Shown here piece after piece: positions 1 to 9,143 of a DNA stretch of 64,000 nucleotides. The stretch is from an uncultured Bacilli bacterium (GTDB taxonomy: Bacteria; Bacillota_I; Bacilli_A; RFN20; CAG-826). Both the position numbers and the translations under genes were made by a program. The notes beneath the pieces are model-generated. The model saw only the letters and a program-made list of their open reading frames with translations. It did not search any database and was not told the DNA's origin. Numbering within the stretch: position 1 is the first letter of the stretch; every line of letters begins with the position of its first letter. The stretch spans positions 323,089 to 387,088 of the forward strand of contig CALVHN010000001.1 in the NCBI GenBank assembly GCA_944327845.1, in the 5' to 3' direction.

Positions 1-1404
1 ACTACCAAAGAATACATTTGTATATCCAGTTTCAGTTGAGAAATATGGATAAACTGTCATAGCACTTGTAGCTTCTAATGAAGCTAAATCATTAACTTTA
101 ACTTTGTTTCCATCACTATAGTAATACCATCCAGCGATAGTTTTACCGCCAGTTACTTTACTAGATAAAGTTAAATCACTATTTGCAGGATAAGCAAAAT
201 CTTCACTATCTACTGTAACTTTATTTGCACCATTATATGTAACAAGGTCATTACCAAAAGTAATGTCAAAATTTTCAAATGATGGCTCAGGATCTGGATC
301 ATCTGGAGATTCAATTGCTTTATAGCTCATTGCAAAACCTAAATCCATTTTAGAAACAGCGTTAGTAATAACAACACCTGTAATGAAATGTCTTTGTTGC
401 AAGTTGCCAGCTGTATTCCATGGGTCGTTTTCTAAGAAATTCTCTAATGAGATATCAACAGTTTCTCCAGCCTTTAAAGTGACAAATTCTGAAGTTTTAC
501 CACCATCAGCGTCAAAGTATCTATTAGTTCCTGGAATTTGAGAAAGTTGTAAAGTAATTTCTTCATCACTAAAGTTTTGAAGAGTGTAATTAACTCTATA
601 CCAGCCACCTTCTCTAGGAACGACATATTCTTTATTTGGATCAGAACTAAAGAATCTAAAATAAGTATTTTCTAAAGTTCCACTATAGGTAAGTCTCTTA
701 CCATATTTGTCTTCAATCTTATATTCTTTGCTATAATTAAAATCACCATCAAGGGTCAATGCTTCACCAAGGCTAGCACCTTCAGTTTCAGTTGCTGGAA
801 TATAAACTTTTGGATCTGAGATAGTATCACCACTATTTGTTCTTCTAAATGGCATAGCAGCATCACAATCTTCTTCAACTAAGTAGCAGGTTAAAACATA
901 CTCCGTTCTACCATCAATATAAAGTGTATCGCCAGCTCTAGAATAAGTATCATTTTCTGGACTATATAATAACCATCCACCAATCTTTAAGCCTGTTTCA
1001 TTAATAACATCATCTTCAGTTGGCAAGTCAAGATTTTCTCTAACAGGAACATCTTTAAGAAGCGCAGCATATTCATCAGTAAATCTAATACCTTCTGGAA
1101 GATCAGTTTTAACTTCAACTTTTGCATCTAATACAGGTACATCTGGTTCATATTCTGAATCATAATCAAAGTCATTACCAAAATCAGGACGAGTTGATCC
1201 TGAATAATCTTCATTCCAATCATAAACATCATCAATTTGAGCTTGTTCAGTTTCTTCTTCGCCTGTTTCACCTTCAGTTGGTTCTTGAGTGGTTTCTCCT
1301 CCTGGAGTTTCTTCTTCAGGAGTTGTTCCACCACAGCCAACTAATAATGAACCGATAAAAGCAAAGGAGAAGATTGATAAGAAAATTTTATTCTTTTTTT
1401 TCAT
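1..1404 (-). CDS. Lipoprotein, partial (C-terminus beyond the window edge). It is the last gene of the sugar-utilisation operon and may be a glycan-binding or surface protein.
   Basis: I checked the frame by hand and found no stop in 468 codons from ATG at 1404-1402 to position 1. The RBS GGGAGA lies at 1415-1420. The N-terminus MKKKNKIFLSIFSFAFIGSLLLVGCGG has a lipobox (LVGC) followed by an E/T/P-rich linker. It is absent from the ORF track because it is truncated by the window edge. Confidence 0.75.
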   Translation of the reverse strand, partial: MKKKNKIFLSIFSFAFIGSLLVGCGGTTPEEETPGGETTQEPTEGETGEEETEQAQIDDVYDWNEDYSGSTRPDFGNDFDYDSEYEPDVPVLDAKVEVKTDLPEGIRFTDEYAALLKDVPVRENLDLPTEDDVINETGLKIGGWLLYSPENDTYSRAGDTLYIDGRTEYVLTCYLVEEDCDAAMPFRRTNSGDTISDPKVYIPATETEGASLGEALTLDGDFNYSKEYKIEDKYGKRLTYSGTLENTYFRFFSSDPNKEYVVPREGGWYRVNYTLQNFSDEEITLQLSQIPGTNRYFDADGGKTSEFVTLKAGETVDISLENFLENDPWNTAGNLQQRHFITGVVITNAVSKMDLGFAMSYKAIESPDDPDPEPSFENFDITFGNDLVTYNGANKVTVDSEDFAYPANSDLTLSSKVTGGKTIAGWYYYSDGNKVKVNDLASLEATSAMTVYPYFSTETGYTNVFFGS

Positions 1405-1436
1405 TATAATTTTTTCTCCCTTTATATAAGAATTAG

Positions 1437-3362
1437 CTATTTTTGCCAACTTCTATTGTTTCCACCTTTTTGTAAGATATAAGAAGAATCTTTTGATGAA
1501 ACTTTCTTAATAACAGCTTCATCATGTAAATCTCCACTCTTAACTGTAATATTATTAACATCTTCCATTTTAAGTTTGAAAGTAATCACTTTATCACCAG
1601 TTTTAGTTGCAACTTCTTTACCATTATTGAATAAAGTAACACTACTTTGATTTGTATATACTTTAACTTTTGTTGTACTTCCAGTACGGTTAATGAAACG
1701 TTTTGAAGTAATATGAACAAATGGTTGATCTGAGAAATAGGCTTTATAAATATAGTAAGCATCCTTTTTAATCTTACGATCAAAAGTAACTAAACCTTTA
1801 TGGTTAAGACCTTTTTCTCCACCTTGATTTCTTCCATCGCTTCCAAAATCAAACATATTCCAGACATGAGTTGCCCAAATATATTTTCTTTTAGCAAATC
1901 CTTTTAACATTTTTTCATGATAAATTGCTTGATATTCTTCAGTATTATCAAATCTACGAGGATGACTTGAATGTAAATTTGGCATACCTTCAGCACCATA
2001 TTCGCTTAATCCAATAGGTGATTTTGGATAGAAGAAATGATACATATCTAAAATCCAATTAGTAACTGGAGTAAATGGTACATACCATCCCCAATATAAG
2101 TTATAGCTTGCTAAGTCAGTGATATGACAAATTCTATTAAAGATTGTCATCATTGAGAAACATGCTACAGTTGTAAGACGAGTTGGATCTTCTTTATGGC
2201 AGAAATCATTTAATTTTTTATGATTTTCTCTTGTTGCTTTGCCAAATTCTTTTCTATACATAGTAATTTCATTAGAAACACCCCAGCAAACAATAGAACA
2301 ATGATTATAATTTTGATAAATTAAATCTTTCATTTGATCAAATGTATTTTGATCACCTTTTGCTAAATATTTAGAAATATAAGGAATTTCAGCCCAAACA
2401 ACTAAACCATATTTATCACATAATTCATAGAAATAATCATCATGTTGATAGTGAGCAAGTCTAACAGTATTAACGCCTAATTCAAGAATAATTTTGATAT
2501 CTTCTTCCATATCTTCTCTTGAAATAGCATTACCTTTTTTAGGACGATCTTGGTGACGAGCAACACCTCTTAATGAATAAGGTTTACCATTTAAAATAAA
2601 GCCTTGGCTTGCACTAACTTTAAATGTTCTAAAACCAACTTTAGTAGAGACTTCATCTTTAACATCGCCATCAACAACTAATTGAGCTTTTACTTCATAT
2701 AAATAAGGATCTTTTAATCCATTCCATAAATGAACATTTTCTATAGTAAGTTTATCGTTTAAATTAGCATTTAAAACTTCGTTACCTTCCATATCAAAAA
2801 CTTTAATAACAACTGTTGGATTTTCAACTGAAGTTGTAACATCTTCAATTTTTAAAATTCCACTAGTTCCAGAAACAACTGGAGTTATTTTAAGAGGGAA
2901 AGAAGCACATTCTCTAAAATTAAAATGTTCTTTTGGTAAAACATATAATTTTACATCACGATAAATTCCGCCATAGAAAGTAAAATCAGCAGCACTTGGA
3001 TAAACATCTTCTAAGTCTCTATTATCTGCTTTGACTTCAATTAAATTTTCACCATCTTTTAATAAATCGGTAATATCTGCATTAAAGCGAGAGTATCCAC
3101 CTTTATGAACTAAAACTTCAGTACCATTAATAATTAAAGTTGCAACTGAATTAACAGCATCAAATTCAATAACGACTCTTTCACCATCATTTAAAACAGG
3201 TTTTTCGATTGTTTTAAAATAACTTGCGACAGTACGGAGGTAATCATTACCTCCGTCTTGTCCATCAATTCCGTTCCAAGTATGAGGAAGGTTAACTAAA
3301 GATTCTTCTTGATTAGGAAATTTAAATTTCCAATTTTCATTTATAACTGTAACTTTTCTCAT
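1437..3362 (-). CDS. Glycoside hydrolase family 2 (beta-galactosidase/beta-glucuronidase type)
   Basis: 641 aa. The N-terminal sugar-binding-like region starts NENWKFKF..LPHTWN. The acid/base motif is WGVSNE and the nucleophile motif is LSEYGAEG, as is typical of GH2 TIM barrels. Confidence 0.85.
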   Translation of the reverse strand: MRKVTVINENWKFKFPNQEESLVNLPHTWNGIDGQDGGNDYLRTVASYFKTIEKPVLNDGERVVIEFDAVNSVATLIINGTEVLVHKGGYSRFNADITDLLKDGENLIEVKADNRDLEDVYPSAADFTFYGGIYRDVKLYVLPKEHFNFRECASFPLKITPVVSGTSGILKIEDVTTSVENPTVVIKVFDMEGNEVLNANLNDKLTIENVHLWNGLKDPYLYEVKAQLVVDGDVKDEVSTKVGFRTFKVSASQGFILNGKPYSLRGVARHQDRPKKGNAISREDMEEDIKIILELGVNTVRLAHYQHDDYFYELCDKYGLVVWAEIPYISKYLAKGDQNTFDQMKDLIYQNYNHCSIVCWGVSNEITMYRKEFGKATRENHKKLNDFCHKEDPTRLTTVACFSMMTIFNRICHITDLASYNLYWGWYVPFTPVTNWILDMYHFFYPKSPIGLSEYGAEGMPNLHSSHPRRFDNTEEYQAIYHEKMLKGFAKRKYIWATHVWNMFDFGSDGRNQGGEKGLNHKGLVTFDRKIKKDAYYIYKAYFSDQPFVHITSKRFINRTGSTTKVKVYTNQSSVTLFNNGKEVATKTGDKVITFKLKMEDVNNITVKSGDLHDEAVIKKVSSKDSSYILQKGGNNRSWQK

Positions 3363-3390
3363 AAGTTAATATATTCCTTCAATTTTTATT

Positions 3391-5271
3391 TTATTTATTT
3401 TCTGAATCATCACTTGATTCACTATTTTTCTTTGCTTTTAAAGCTTGTTTTTCTGCTTTAATTCTTTCTTTTTCAGCTTTCTTTTCTTCTGCGATACGTT
3501 TTTTCTCTGCAAGTTGAGCTTGATATTTTGCTTCTTCTTCTTCGAAATTTAAACCTTTTTTAGCACATTTAGCTTTTAAAGAATTAATACGATCTTCTTC
3601 ATTTTTACGATCAAATTCTTCTTGTTCAAGTCTTAATCTTTCTTCAGGTTCAATCCAAGGAAGACCTTGTTCTAAGCAAGCTTGTTTTTGTCTTTCAGTA
3701 ATAATCTTCTTATCTTCTTCGGAATATTTTTCAACGTTCATGAAGCACATTAAGATAAAGATTAAGAAGTAGCAAAGTGTTTCACCACCTAAGAAAATAA
3801 ATTCCATAGCAACTCCGAAGCTTGGATTAGAATTAATCCATGCATCGTTAGGTTGATAACCAACTGCAGATAAACAACCATTAATAATACCATTAGCAAG
3901 ACCACTCATACCAATCATGATAGAACCATAGATTGTCATAGTAAGTCCATCACTTCTAAATCCATGTTTAGCTTCGTTATGGTCAAGCATATCACCAAGT
4001 AAAGCTAAGGAAATATACATAGCAGGTGTTGAACCTAATGATTTAATAACAAATGAAGTAAGGACAAGTGCAAAATTACCAGGAGCAATAAAACCAAGTA
4101 AGCCACCTAATGTTGAAAGAATTGCACCGAATAATATAGCTTTAGCTTTACCAATTTTATTTGATAAAGGCCAAACAACTAACATACCTAATGCTGTTGG
4201 AATAGCACCAACAATAGAAATTGTACCAGATAAATCTTGTCCAGTTTCATAGCCATAGAAAGCTTGGCAGAAATACATTTGTGAGTTATTTTTAAGCATT
4301 CCGCCTAATTGATATAAGAAATAGAAAGCAATGATAAACCACCAGAATTTATCTTTACAAACTGCTTTAAATTGTTCACTTGTTTTAACAACTTTCTTTT
4401 TTTCAGGAACAGAGTAGGTTCCATCTTCATTTTTTTCTAAAGAAGTTTCTCTTGAAGCAAATTCTTCTTCGGTGACTCTTTCACGAGTGAAATAGTATTC
4501 AAGTAAAATACCACAAGCAGTAAGGATAGCTAAAACCAACATAAAGATTTTCCATCCCATGACACTTCTTTCAATATCAAGAACTTGATCCTCACCTTCA
4601 ACGAGTAAGAACATTTTTAACAAGAATGGAAGAACCATGGAAGTTAAACCCATAGCTGCTAAAGCAGTAGCATTACTAATCGTTGCAAGTAATGATCTAT
4701 CTTTTCTATTTCTTGTAGATAAGTTAACTAATGCACTATGTGATGTGTAATAAAAAGGATAAGACAATGCATAGTAAAGATTATATGCAACTGCTACCCA
4801 AATAAGTGTTCCTACATTAAAGAAACCATCAACAACTTCTAATTGAGGTTGTCCGTTATTATTAATAACAGTGTGAAATTCAGGAAGTAAGCTTGAAGGC
4901 ATCCAGAATGTAAATAAAAGCGCGATAACGATTAATGGTAAAGCGATTAAAAGTAAAGGTCGTGCTTTACCTGCTTTTGTTTTACTTCTGTCCATGAATT
5001 TACCAACTAAGATATTTCCAAGAACAACGAAAATAACCGATACTATTGGAAGTAATATCGAGAATAATGAAGCCCAACTAGTTAAGCCTAAAATGTCAGT
5101 ATAATATCTGTTAAGATATTGGTTCATAACAGAGTTAGAGACAATAGCTAAAACAGGGCCAATAAAGTATCCGATAGCACCTTCTGGAAAAATCTTAGTT
5201 TTTAAAGATTTTACTTTTGAAGAAAGTACAGGACTATCGAAAACACTTGTTTTTTTTGTTTTTTCTGCCAT
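3391..5271 (-). CDS. GPH/MFS-type glycoside-cation symporter with a long charged C-terminal tail
   Basis: 626 aa with about 12 hydrophobic segments and a GPH-like N-terminus. The C-terminal ~120 aa are K/E-rich and look like coiled coil. It sits immediately upstream of the GH2 gene on the same strand. Confidence 0.8.
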   Translation of the reverse strand: MAEKTKKTSVFDSPVLSSKVKSLKTKIFPEGAIGYFIGPVLAIVSNSVMNQYLNRYYTDILGLTSWASLFSILLPIVSVIFVVLGNILVGKFMDRSKTKAGKARPLLLIALPLIVIALLFTFWMPSSLLPEFHTVINNNGQPQLEVVDGFFNVGTLIWVAVAYNLYYALSYPFYYTSHSALVNLSTRNRKDRSLLATISNATALAAMGLTSMVLPFLLKMFLLVEGEDQVLDIERSVMGWKIFMLVLAILTACGILLEYYFTRERVTEEEFASRETSLEKNEDGTYSVPEKKKVVKTSEQFKAVCKDKFWWFIIAFYFLYQLGGMLKNNSQMYFCQAFYGYETGQDLSGTISIVGAIPTALGMLVVWPLSNKIGKAKAILFGAILSTLGGLLGFIAPGNFALVLTSFVIKSLGSTPAMYISLALLGDMLDHNEAKHGFRSDGLTMTIYGSIMIGMSGLANGIINGCLSAVGYQPNDAWINSNPSFGVAMEFIFLGGETLCYFLIFILMCFMNVEKYSEEDKKIITERQKQACLEQGLPWIEPEERLRLEQEEFDRKNEEDRINSLKAKCAKKGLNFEEEEAKYQAQLAEKKRIAEEKKAEKERIKAEKQALKAKKNSESSDDSENK

Positions 5272-5324
5272 AAAAAATTCCTCTCTTTTTATTTAAATAA
5301 AACTGTAATAAGTGTATTCAAATT

Positions 5325-5338
5325 TGAAAGCGCTTTCA
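5325..5338. promoter_or_regulatory. Catabolite-responsive element (cre)-like palindrome TGAAAGCGCTTTCA
   Basis: Perfect 14-bp palindrome matching the CcpA cre consensus WTGNAANCGNWNNCW. It lies 54-67 bp upstream of the transporter start codon (5271). Confidence 0.55.
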
Positions 5339-5697
5339 AGTATTTGTCTTAACTAATTGAATAAATAGCATAACTGAAATCTATTTTTTTATTATAAAAT
5401 TTAAAGAAATCTAACTATAAAATAGCTTAGAAAACATATTGTTTTTAAAAAAATAATTGCAAAAACAATACTTTTTTATAGAAACAATATTTTCACCTTA
5501 TTAGTTTTAAAAATAACAAAATCTTTTTTATTTTACAAAAAACTATTAATTAAAAGACTCTTTTATAATGATAAAAATGTAATTTTTTAAAATTGTATTC
5601 AGTTAAAATTATACTATCCATATTGAAGGAATTTATGAATAAAAAACTACAAAAATAAATTAAATTCTTCAAAAAACCTTGCTAAATCTACATTATT

Positions 5698-6558
5698 TTA
5701 TAAATTTTTATCAAAAGCTCCATTTTCTAAATCATATAAGTTAAAAACAGTTGATAATTCATCAAAAGTTTCTTCTAAATTATTCTTCGCACTATTCCAT
5801 CCTTTACCATCTGTTAACCAAACAAATACAAAATTATCAATAGTTTTAGATTCAATAGCTAATGTTTTATAGCTTCTAGCAGTTTCATTTAATTTGGACC
5901 CATCGCTTCCATAAAAATTACATTCAATTCCATATACTTTATTATTCTTTAAAGCCACAAAATCAAAGCGTTTTTCTACCTTATTTTGATTTGAGAGATT
6001 TGAAAGATCAACACAAAATCTTTTTTCTACCTCGCTTAGATACATTTCTTTAAAGTAAGTTTTATTCTTAATAAAGCCAGCTTTTTTTAAATATGATTCT
6101 ACTAAATCTTCCATTGTATGGCCTGTTCTATTCTTTCTACCATTTGAATCTAAACCAACTTCTACTCCAGTCACATAATCAACTAAATTATGTATTATAT
6201 GATTTTGTAATAATTCAAATAAACCAGTTTTCTCCATAAAAATTACATATTCATCCGGTGAATAATTTGGTTTTTCAAAATTAAATTGATAATTTCCATT
6301 TTCATCATTAATTTTAATTTCTTTTTCTCTTTTAGCTAAAAGAATAGGTATAGCTTTAAGTGTATTTGGATATAATTCAATAATCTTTCTAAATTCTTCT
6401 TTAATATTCTTTGAACCAATTAAGCTATTTAATATATTTAATTCAATCTTTATCGATCCAACATTTTTATAAACTTTATCAAAATCAGTATAGTAGTTCC
6501 AAGTTGCAATACTATCCTTCATTGTTTTTAACCATTTGTCAAAATCTCTCACTCTCAT
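5698..6558 (-). CDS. dpnB: DpnII-family type II restriction endonuclease (GATC)
   Basis: MRVRDFDKWLKTMKDSIATWNYYTDFDKVYKNV..LNSLIGSKNI..VDYVTGVEVG(L)DSNGRKNRTG..NETARSYK closely resembles the DpnII endonuclease as I recall it. I chose the Met at 6558 as the start because a GGAGGTA RBS lies at 6559-6565. The track ORF begins at 6591. Confidence 0.8.
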   Translation of the reverse strand: MRVRDFDKWLKTMKDSIATWNYYTDFDKVYKNVGSIKIELNILNSLIGSKNIKEEFRKIIELYPNTLKAIPILLAKREKEIKINDENGNYQFNFEKPNYSPDEYVIFMEKTGLFELLQNHIIHNLVDYVTGVEVGLDSNGRKNRTGHTMEDLVESYLKKAGFIKNKTYFKEMYLSEVEKRFCVDLSNLSNQNKVEKRFDFVALKNNKVYGIECNFYGSDGSKLNETARSYKTLAIESKTIDNFVFVWLTDGKGWNSAKNNLEETFDELSTVFNLYDLENGAFDKNL

Positions 6559-7327
6559 TACCTCCAATATTTTCAATTCTTTTAATAGCAATTTTCATAA
6601 ATTCTTCTTCTTTTTCTATTCCAATAAATTGTCTTTGATTTAATAAAGCAGCAACACCTGTTGTACCACTTCCCATAAAAGGATCTAATATAATATCGTT
6701 CTTATTTGTTGATGCTAGAATGATTCTATCAAGTAAATCAATAGGTTTTTGAGCAGGATGATGCCCAAAAATTTTCTCATTCTTTTTTGGTAACCCCATA
6801 ACCCATACATCTTTCATTTGCTTTCCATTGTTTATTTCTTTCATTAATTGATAATTAAAAGTATGTTTCCCTTTCTTATTTTTCCCTAAAACTTTCCTTG
6901 CCCAAAGAATTGTTTCAGTTGAATTAGTAAAACATCTACAAGCTAAATTAGGAACAGGATTGGGTTTTTGCCAAGTAATATTATTGATAATAGAAAATCC
7001 TTCTAATTCTAATGCTACTCCAATTGTATAAATATTATGAAAAGTACCACTAATCCAAATGCATCCATCGTCTTTTAAAATTCTTTTACATTTTTTAATC
7101 CAACTTCTATTAAATTTAATTTTTTGATTTACATCAATAGATTTATCCCATTCACCTTTATTAACTGAGACTTGTTTTCCTGAATGACAAGATATTCCAT
7201 TGCTTGATAAAAAATATGGTGGATCAGCAAAAATTAAATCTATTGATTTTTCTTCTAATTTATCAATTATTTTAAAACAATCACCTAAATATAATTTACA
7301 GTTATTTAAACTAAAATATTCTTTCAT
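6539..7327 (-). CDS. dpnA: N6-adenine DNA methyltransferase, beta class (DpnA-like, second methylase of the DpnII cassette)
   Basis: Motif IV (FADPPYF) is near the N-terminus and motif I (DPFMGSGTTGVAA) is near the C-terminus. The gene ends with TGA and overlaps the start of the endonuclease gene by 20 nt. Confidence 0.85.
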   Translation of the reverse strand: MKEYFSLNNCKLYLGDCFKIIDKLEEKSIDLIFADPPYFLSSNGISCHSGKQVSVNKGEWDKSIDVNQKIKFNRSWIKKCKRILKDDGCIWISGTFHNIYTIGVALELEGFSIINNITWQKPNPVPNLACRCFTNSTETILWARKVLGKNKKGKHTFNYQLMKEINNGKQMKDVWVMGLPKKNEKIFGHHPAQKPIDLLDRIILASTNKNDIILDPFMGSGTTGVAALLNQRQFIGIEKEEEFMKIAIKRIENIGGNESERF

Positions 7328-7328
7328 A

Positions 7329-8366
7329 TTAATAATTGGTTATTATTACTTCTTCAACATTACCGCGGCCATTTCCATTCGAATTTATCATTCTTTTAGC
7401 ATTAATTATATGAATATTATAATCTTTATATAATTCTCTAATATAATTTGTATTATGGTTGCTTAACATTACTTTTACATTTTTTTCGTCTAATTTTTTA
7501 AAAATACTTGCTAATCTTGCCTGTTCTTCTTTTTTAAAATTATTTTTATCATAAGAAGTAAATGAATTTTTATCATCTAAAGTATCATAAGGCGGATCAA
7601 AATAAACAAAATCATTTTTATTAGCTTTTTTAGATACAGCTTCTTCAAAATCAGAAAGAAGAATAGTTATCTTATTGTTATTAAAATATTTATATAAATT
7701 ATTAAAATTTTCTTCATCAAAAGTTTTAACTTCCTTCTTTTTCCCTGAAGGGACATTAAAATATCCTTTTGAATTAACTCGATATAGTCCATTAAAACAA
7801 GCTTTATTTAAATAAATCATTCTTGCTGCTCGAATATATATTGGTAATGAATTAAAATCTTCTTCCTTATCCATATTTCTAATTTCATAATAATATTCTT
7901 CAGAATGATTTTCCTCATGTTTTCTAAGCTCTTTTTTTAATAGTTCAAAATCTTCGAAGTTTTGAAAACACTTATAAGCGCACATTAATTCAGTATTTGA
8001 ATCACTAATAACTGCACTATTAGGTGCTAAATAAAATAGCAAAGAACCACCTCCAACAAAAGGTTCAAAGTAAGTATTAAATGAATTAGGTAAATATTTA
8101 CAAAGTTTTTCTAATATCTGAGTTTTACCTCCAGCCCATTTAACAAAAGGATGAATTTTTTTATTATTATTAAAAAGAATTAAAGGTTCTACCTTTAATG
8201 AATTAGATATTTTTTCTAAAGTATCTAAGGTGATATTTACTTTCCCTTGCTCGATTTTTGAAATTTGGGGACGATCAATATTACAAAGCGAAGCTAATTC
8301 ATCTTGTGTAATTCCATTTCTTGTACGAATAAATTTTATGTTATTTCCTACTAAATTCTTTAACAT
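7329..8366 (-). CDS. dpnM: Dam-like N6-adenine DNA methyltransferase (DpnM-like) with a fused N-terminal XRE-type HTH
   Basis: Residues 1-65 (IKFIRTRNGITQDELASLCNIDRPQISKIEQGK) form an HTH_3-type domain. This is followed by KWAGGK, motif I FEPFVGGGSLLF, and motif IV YFDPPYD. Confidence 0.85.
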   Translation of the reverse strand: MLKNLVGNNIKFIRTRNGITQDELASLCNIDRPQISKIEQGKVNITLDTLEKISNSLKVEPLILFNNNKKIHPFVKWAGGKTQILEKLCKYLPNSFNTYFEPFVGGGSLLFYLAPNSAVISDSNTELMCAYKCFQNFEDFELLKKELRKHEENHSEEYYYEIRNMDKEEDFNSLPIYIRAARMIYLNKACFNGLYRVNSKGYFNVPSGKKKEVKTFDEENFNNLYKYFNNNKITILLSDFEEAVSKKANKNDFVYFDPPYDTLDDKNSFTSYDKNNFKKEEQARLASIFKKLDEKNVKVMLSNHNTNYIRELYKDYNIHIINAKRMINSNGNGRGNVEEVIITNY

Positions 8367-8451
8367 GAAATTAAATTATCATAAATGTATAATAAAATCC
8401 ACATTTGATTTATAAATATTTTTATAATGTCTAATAACTAATCTATAAAAT

Positions 8452-8955
8452 TTAATTATTTTTATCAAACAAACTCTTAGGATTCATATAAAAATCCATC
8501 CCAAACACCTCTTTTTTTATAATTTCTCCATCAAGTTTAGTCGATAAAGTAATTGTATCTATATGATTAAAACCTAAGCGATGGTAAAGCTTCATGGCAT
8601 TTATATTTGATGGAGAAACTTCTATTTGAACTCTAGGTCCATTTTGTTTTTTCTTAACAATTTCAATAATATTAGATAAACAATAACTTCCTAAACCTTT
8701 ATTTCGATATTCATCTTTAATATATAAATATTCAATATTATTAAAATATCCATATTTTTCATTTACAAAAACAAATCCAGCAATATCGTCATTATAGCAA
8801 ACTAAGTAACTAATACATTCTGGATCAAGCATCCTTCTTATATCTTCTAAAATATCATTGTCACTAGCTTCAACAAGTTGAGATTTCCAAAAATCTTTTA
8901 ACATCTTAGCGACTTCAGAGATGTCTTTTAATTCTATTTTCTTTAAACTTTTCAT
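8452..8955 (-). CDS. GNAT family N-acetyltransferase
   Basis: It has the acetyl-CoA-binding pattern RNKGLGS and a GNAT-like beta-strand layout. I chose the ATG at 8955 as the start because an AGGAGGA RBS lies at 8961-8967. The track ORF starts at 9021. Confidence 0.7.
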   Translation of the reverse strand: MKSLKKIELKDISEVAKMLKDFWKSQLVEASDNDILEDIRRMLDPECISYLVCYNDDIAGFVFVNEKYGYFNNIEYLYIKDEYRNKGLGSYCLSNIIEIVKKKQNGPRVQIEVSPSNINAMKLYHRLGFNHIDTITLSTKLDGEIIKKEVFGMDFYMNPKSLFDKNN

Positions 8956-9143
8956 ATACTTCCTCCTATTAAAAACCAAAAAAAATAGTGGTTTAGCATT
9001 GTTTTTTAAATTATAACACATTTTTTAGTAATATTCTATTTGCATCAAGTCTAATCCTTATAAAGAAACATTAAATTTTTGAAGGATATTTTTTATCTTC
9101 CTCTTTTCTAAAATAAACATTTCTATTATTATTTTTATCTAGT

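Noticed and set aside
1122-1358. Short track ORFs embedded in, or antisense to, longer recognisable genes: 1122..1358 (+), 1128..1340 (-), 1586..1783, 6411..6638, 7200..7433, 8230..8415, 19577..19768, 22840..23067, 26001..26219, 27807..28097, 29040..29270, 30939..31121, 44415..44624, 51464..51655, 52428..52634, 57077..57262, 59097..59333, 60007..60201, 62129..62338, 62977..63183, 63152..63364, 63453..63770.
   Set aside because: Each lies inside or opposite a longer ORF that has clear family motifs. They have low-complexity composition typical of chance ORFs in AT-rich DNA and no RBS. 1122-1358 lies within the open 468-codon lipoprotein frame that I verified by hand.
5438-5469. Inverted repeat ATTGTTTTT-N14-AAAAACAAT between the DpnII cassette and the transporter promoter.
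   Set aside because: It is an AT-only 9-bp stem with a large loop and no adjacent T-run on the relevant strand, so it cannot be distinguished from chance or from a weak terminator.
6539-6541. Possibility of a Mycoplasma-type genetic code (TGA = Trp).
   Set aside because: TGA terminates the dpnA-like ORF exactly where the family ends. Conserved Trp residues (for example WCGPC at 58690) are TGG. Standard-code ORFs are full length for every recognisable family.
8392-8413. Imperfect inverted repeat ATAAAATC-N7-GATTTAT upstream of the HTH-methylase as a definite operator.
   Set aside because: It is short, imperfect and AT-only, and such matches are expected by chance in DNA of this composition. 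I mention it only as a possibility under the DpnII finding.
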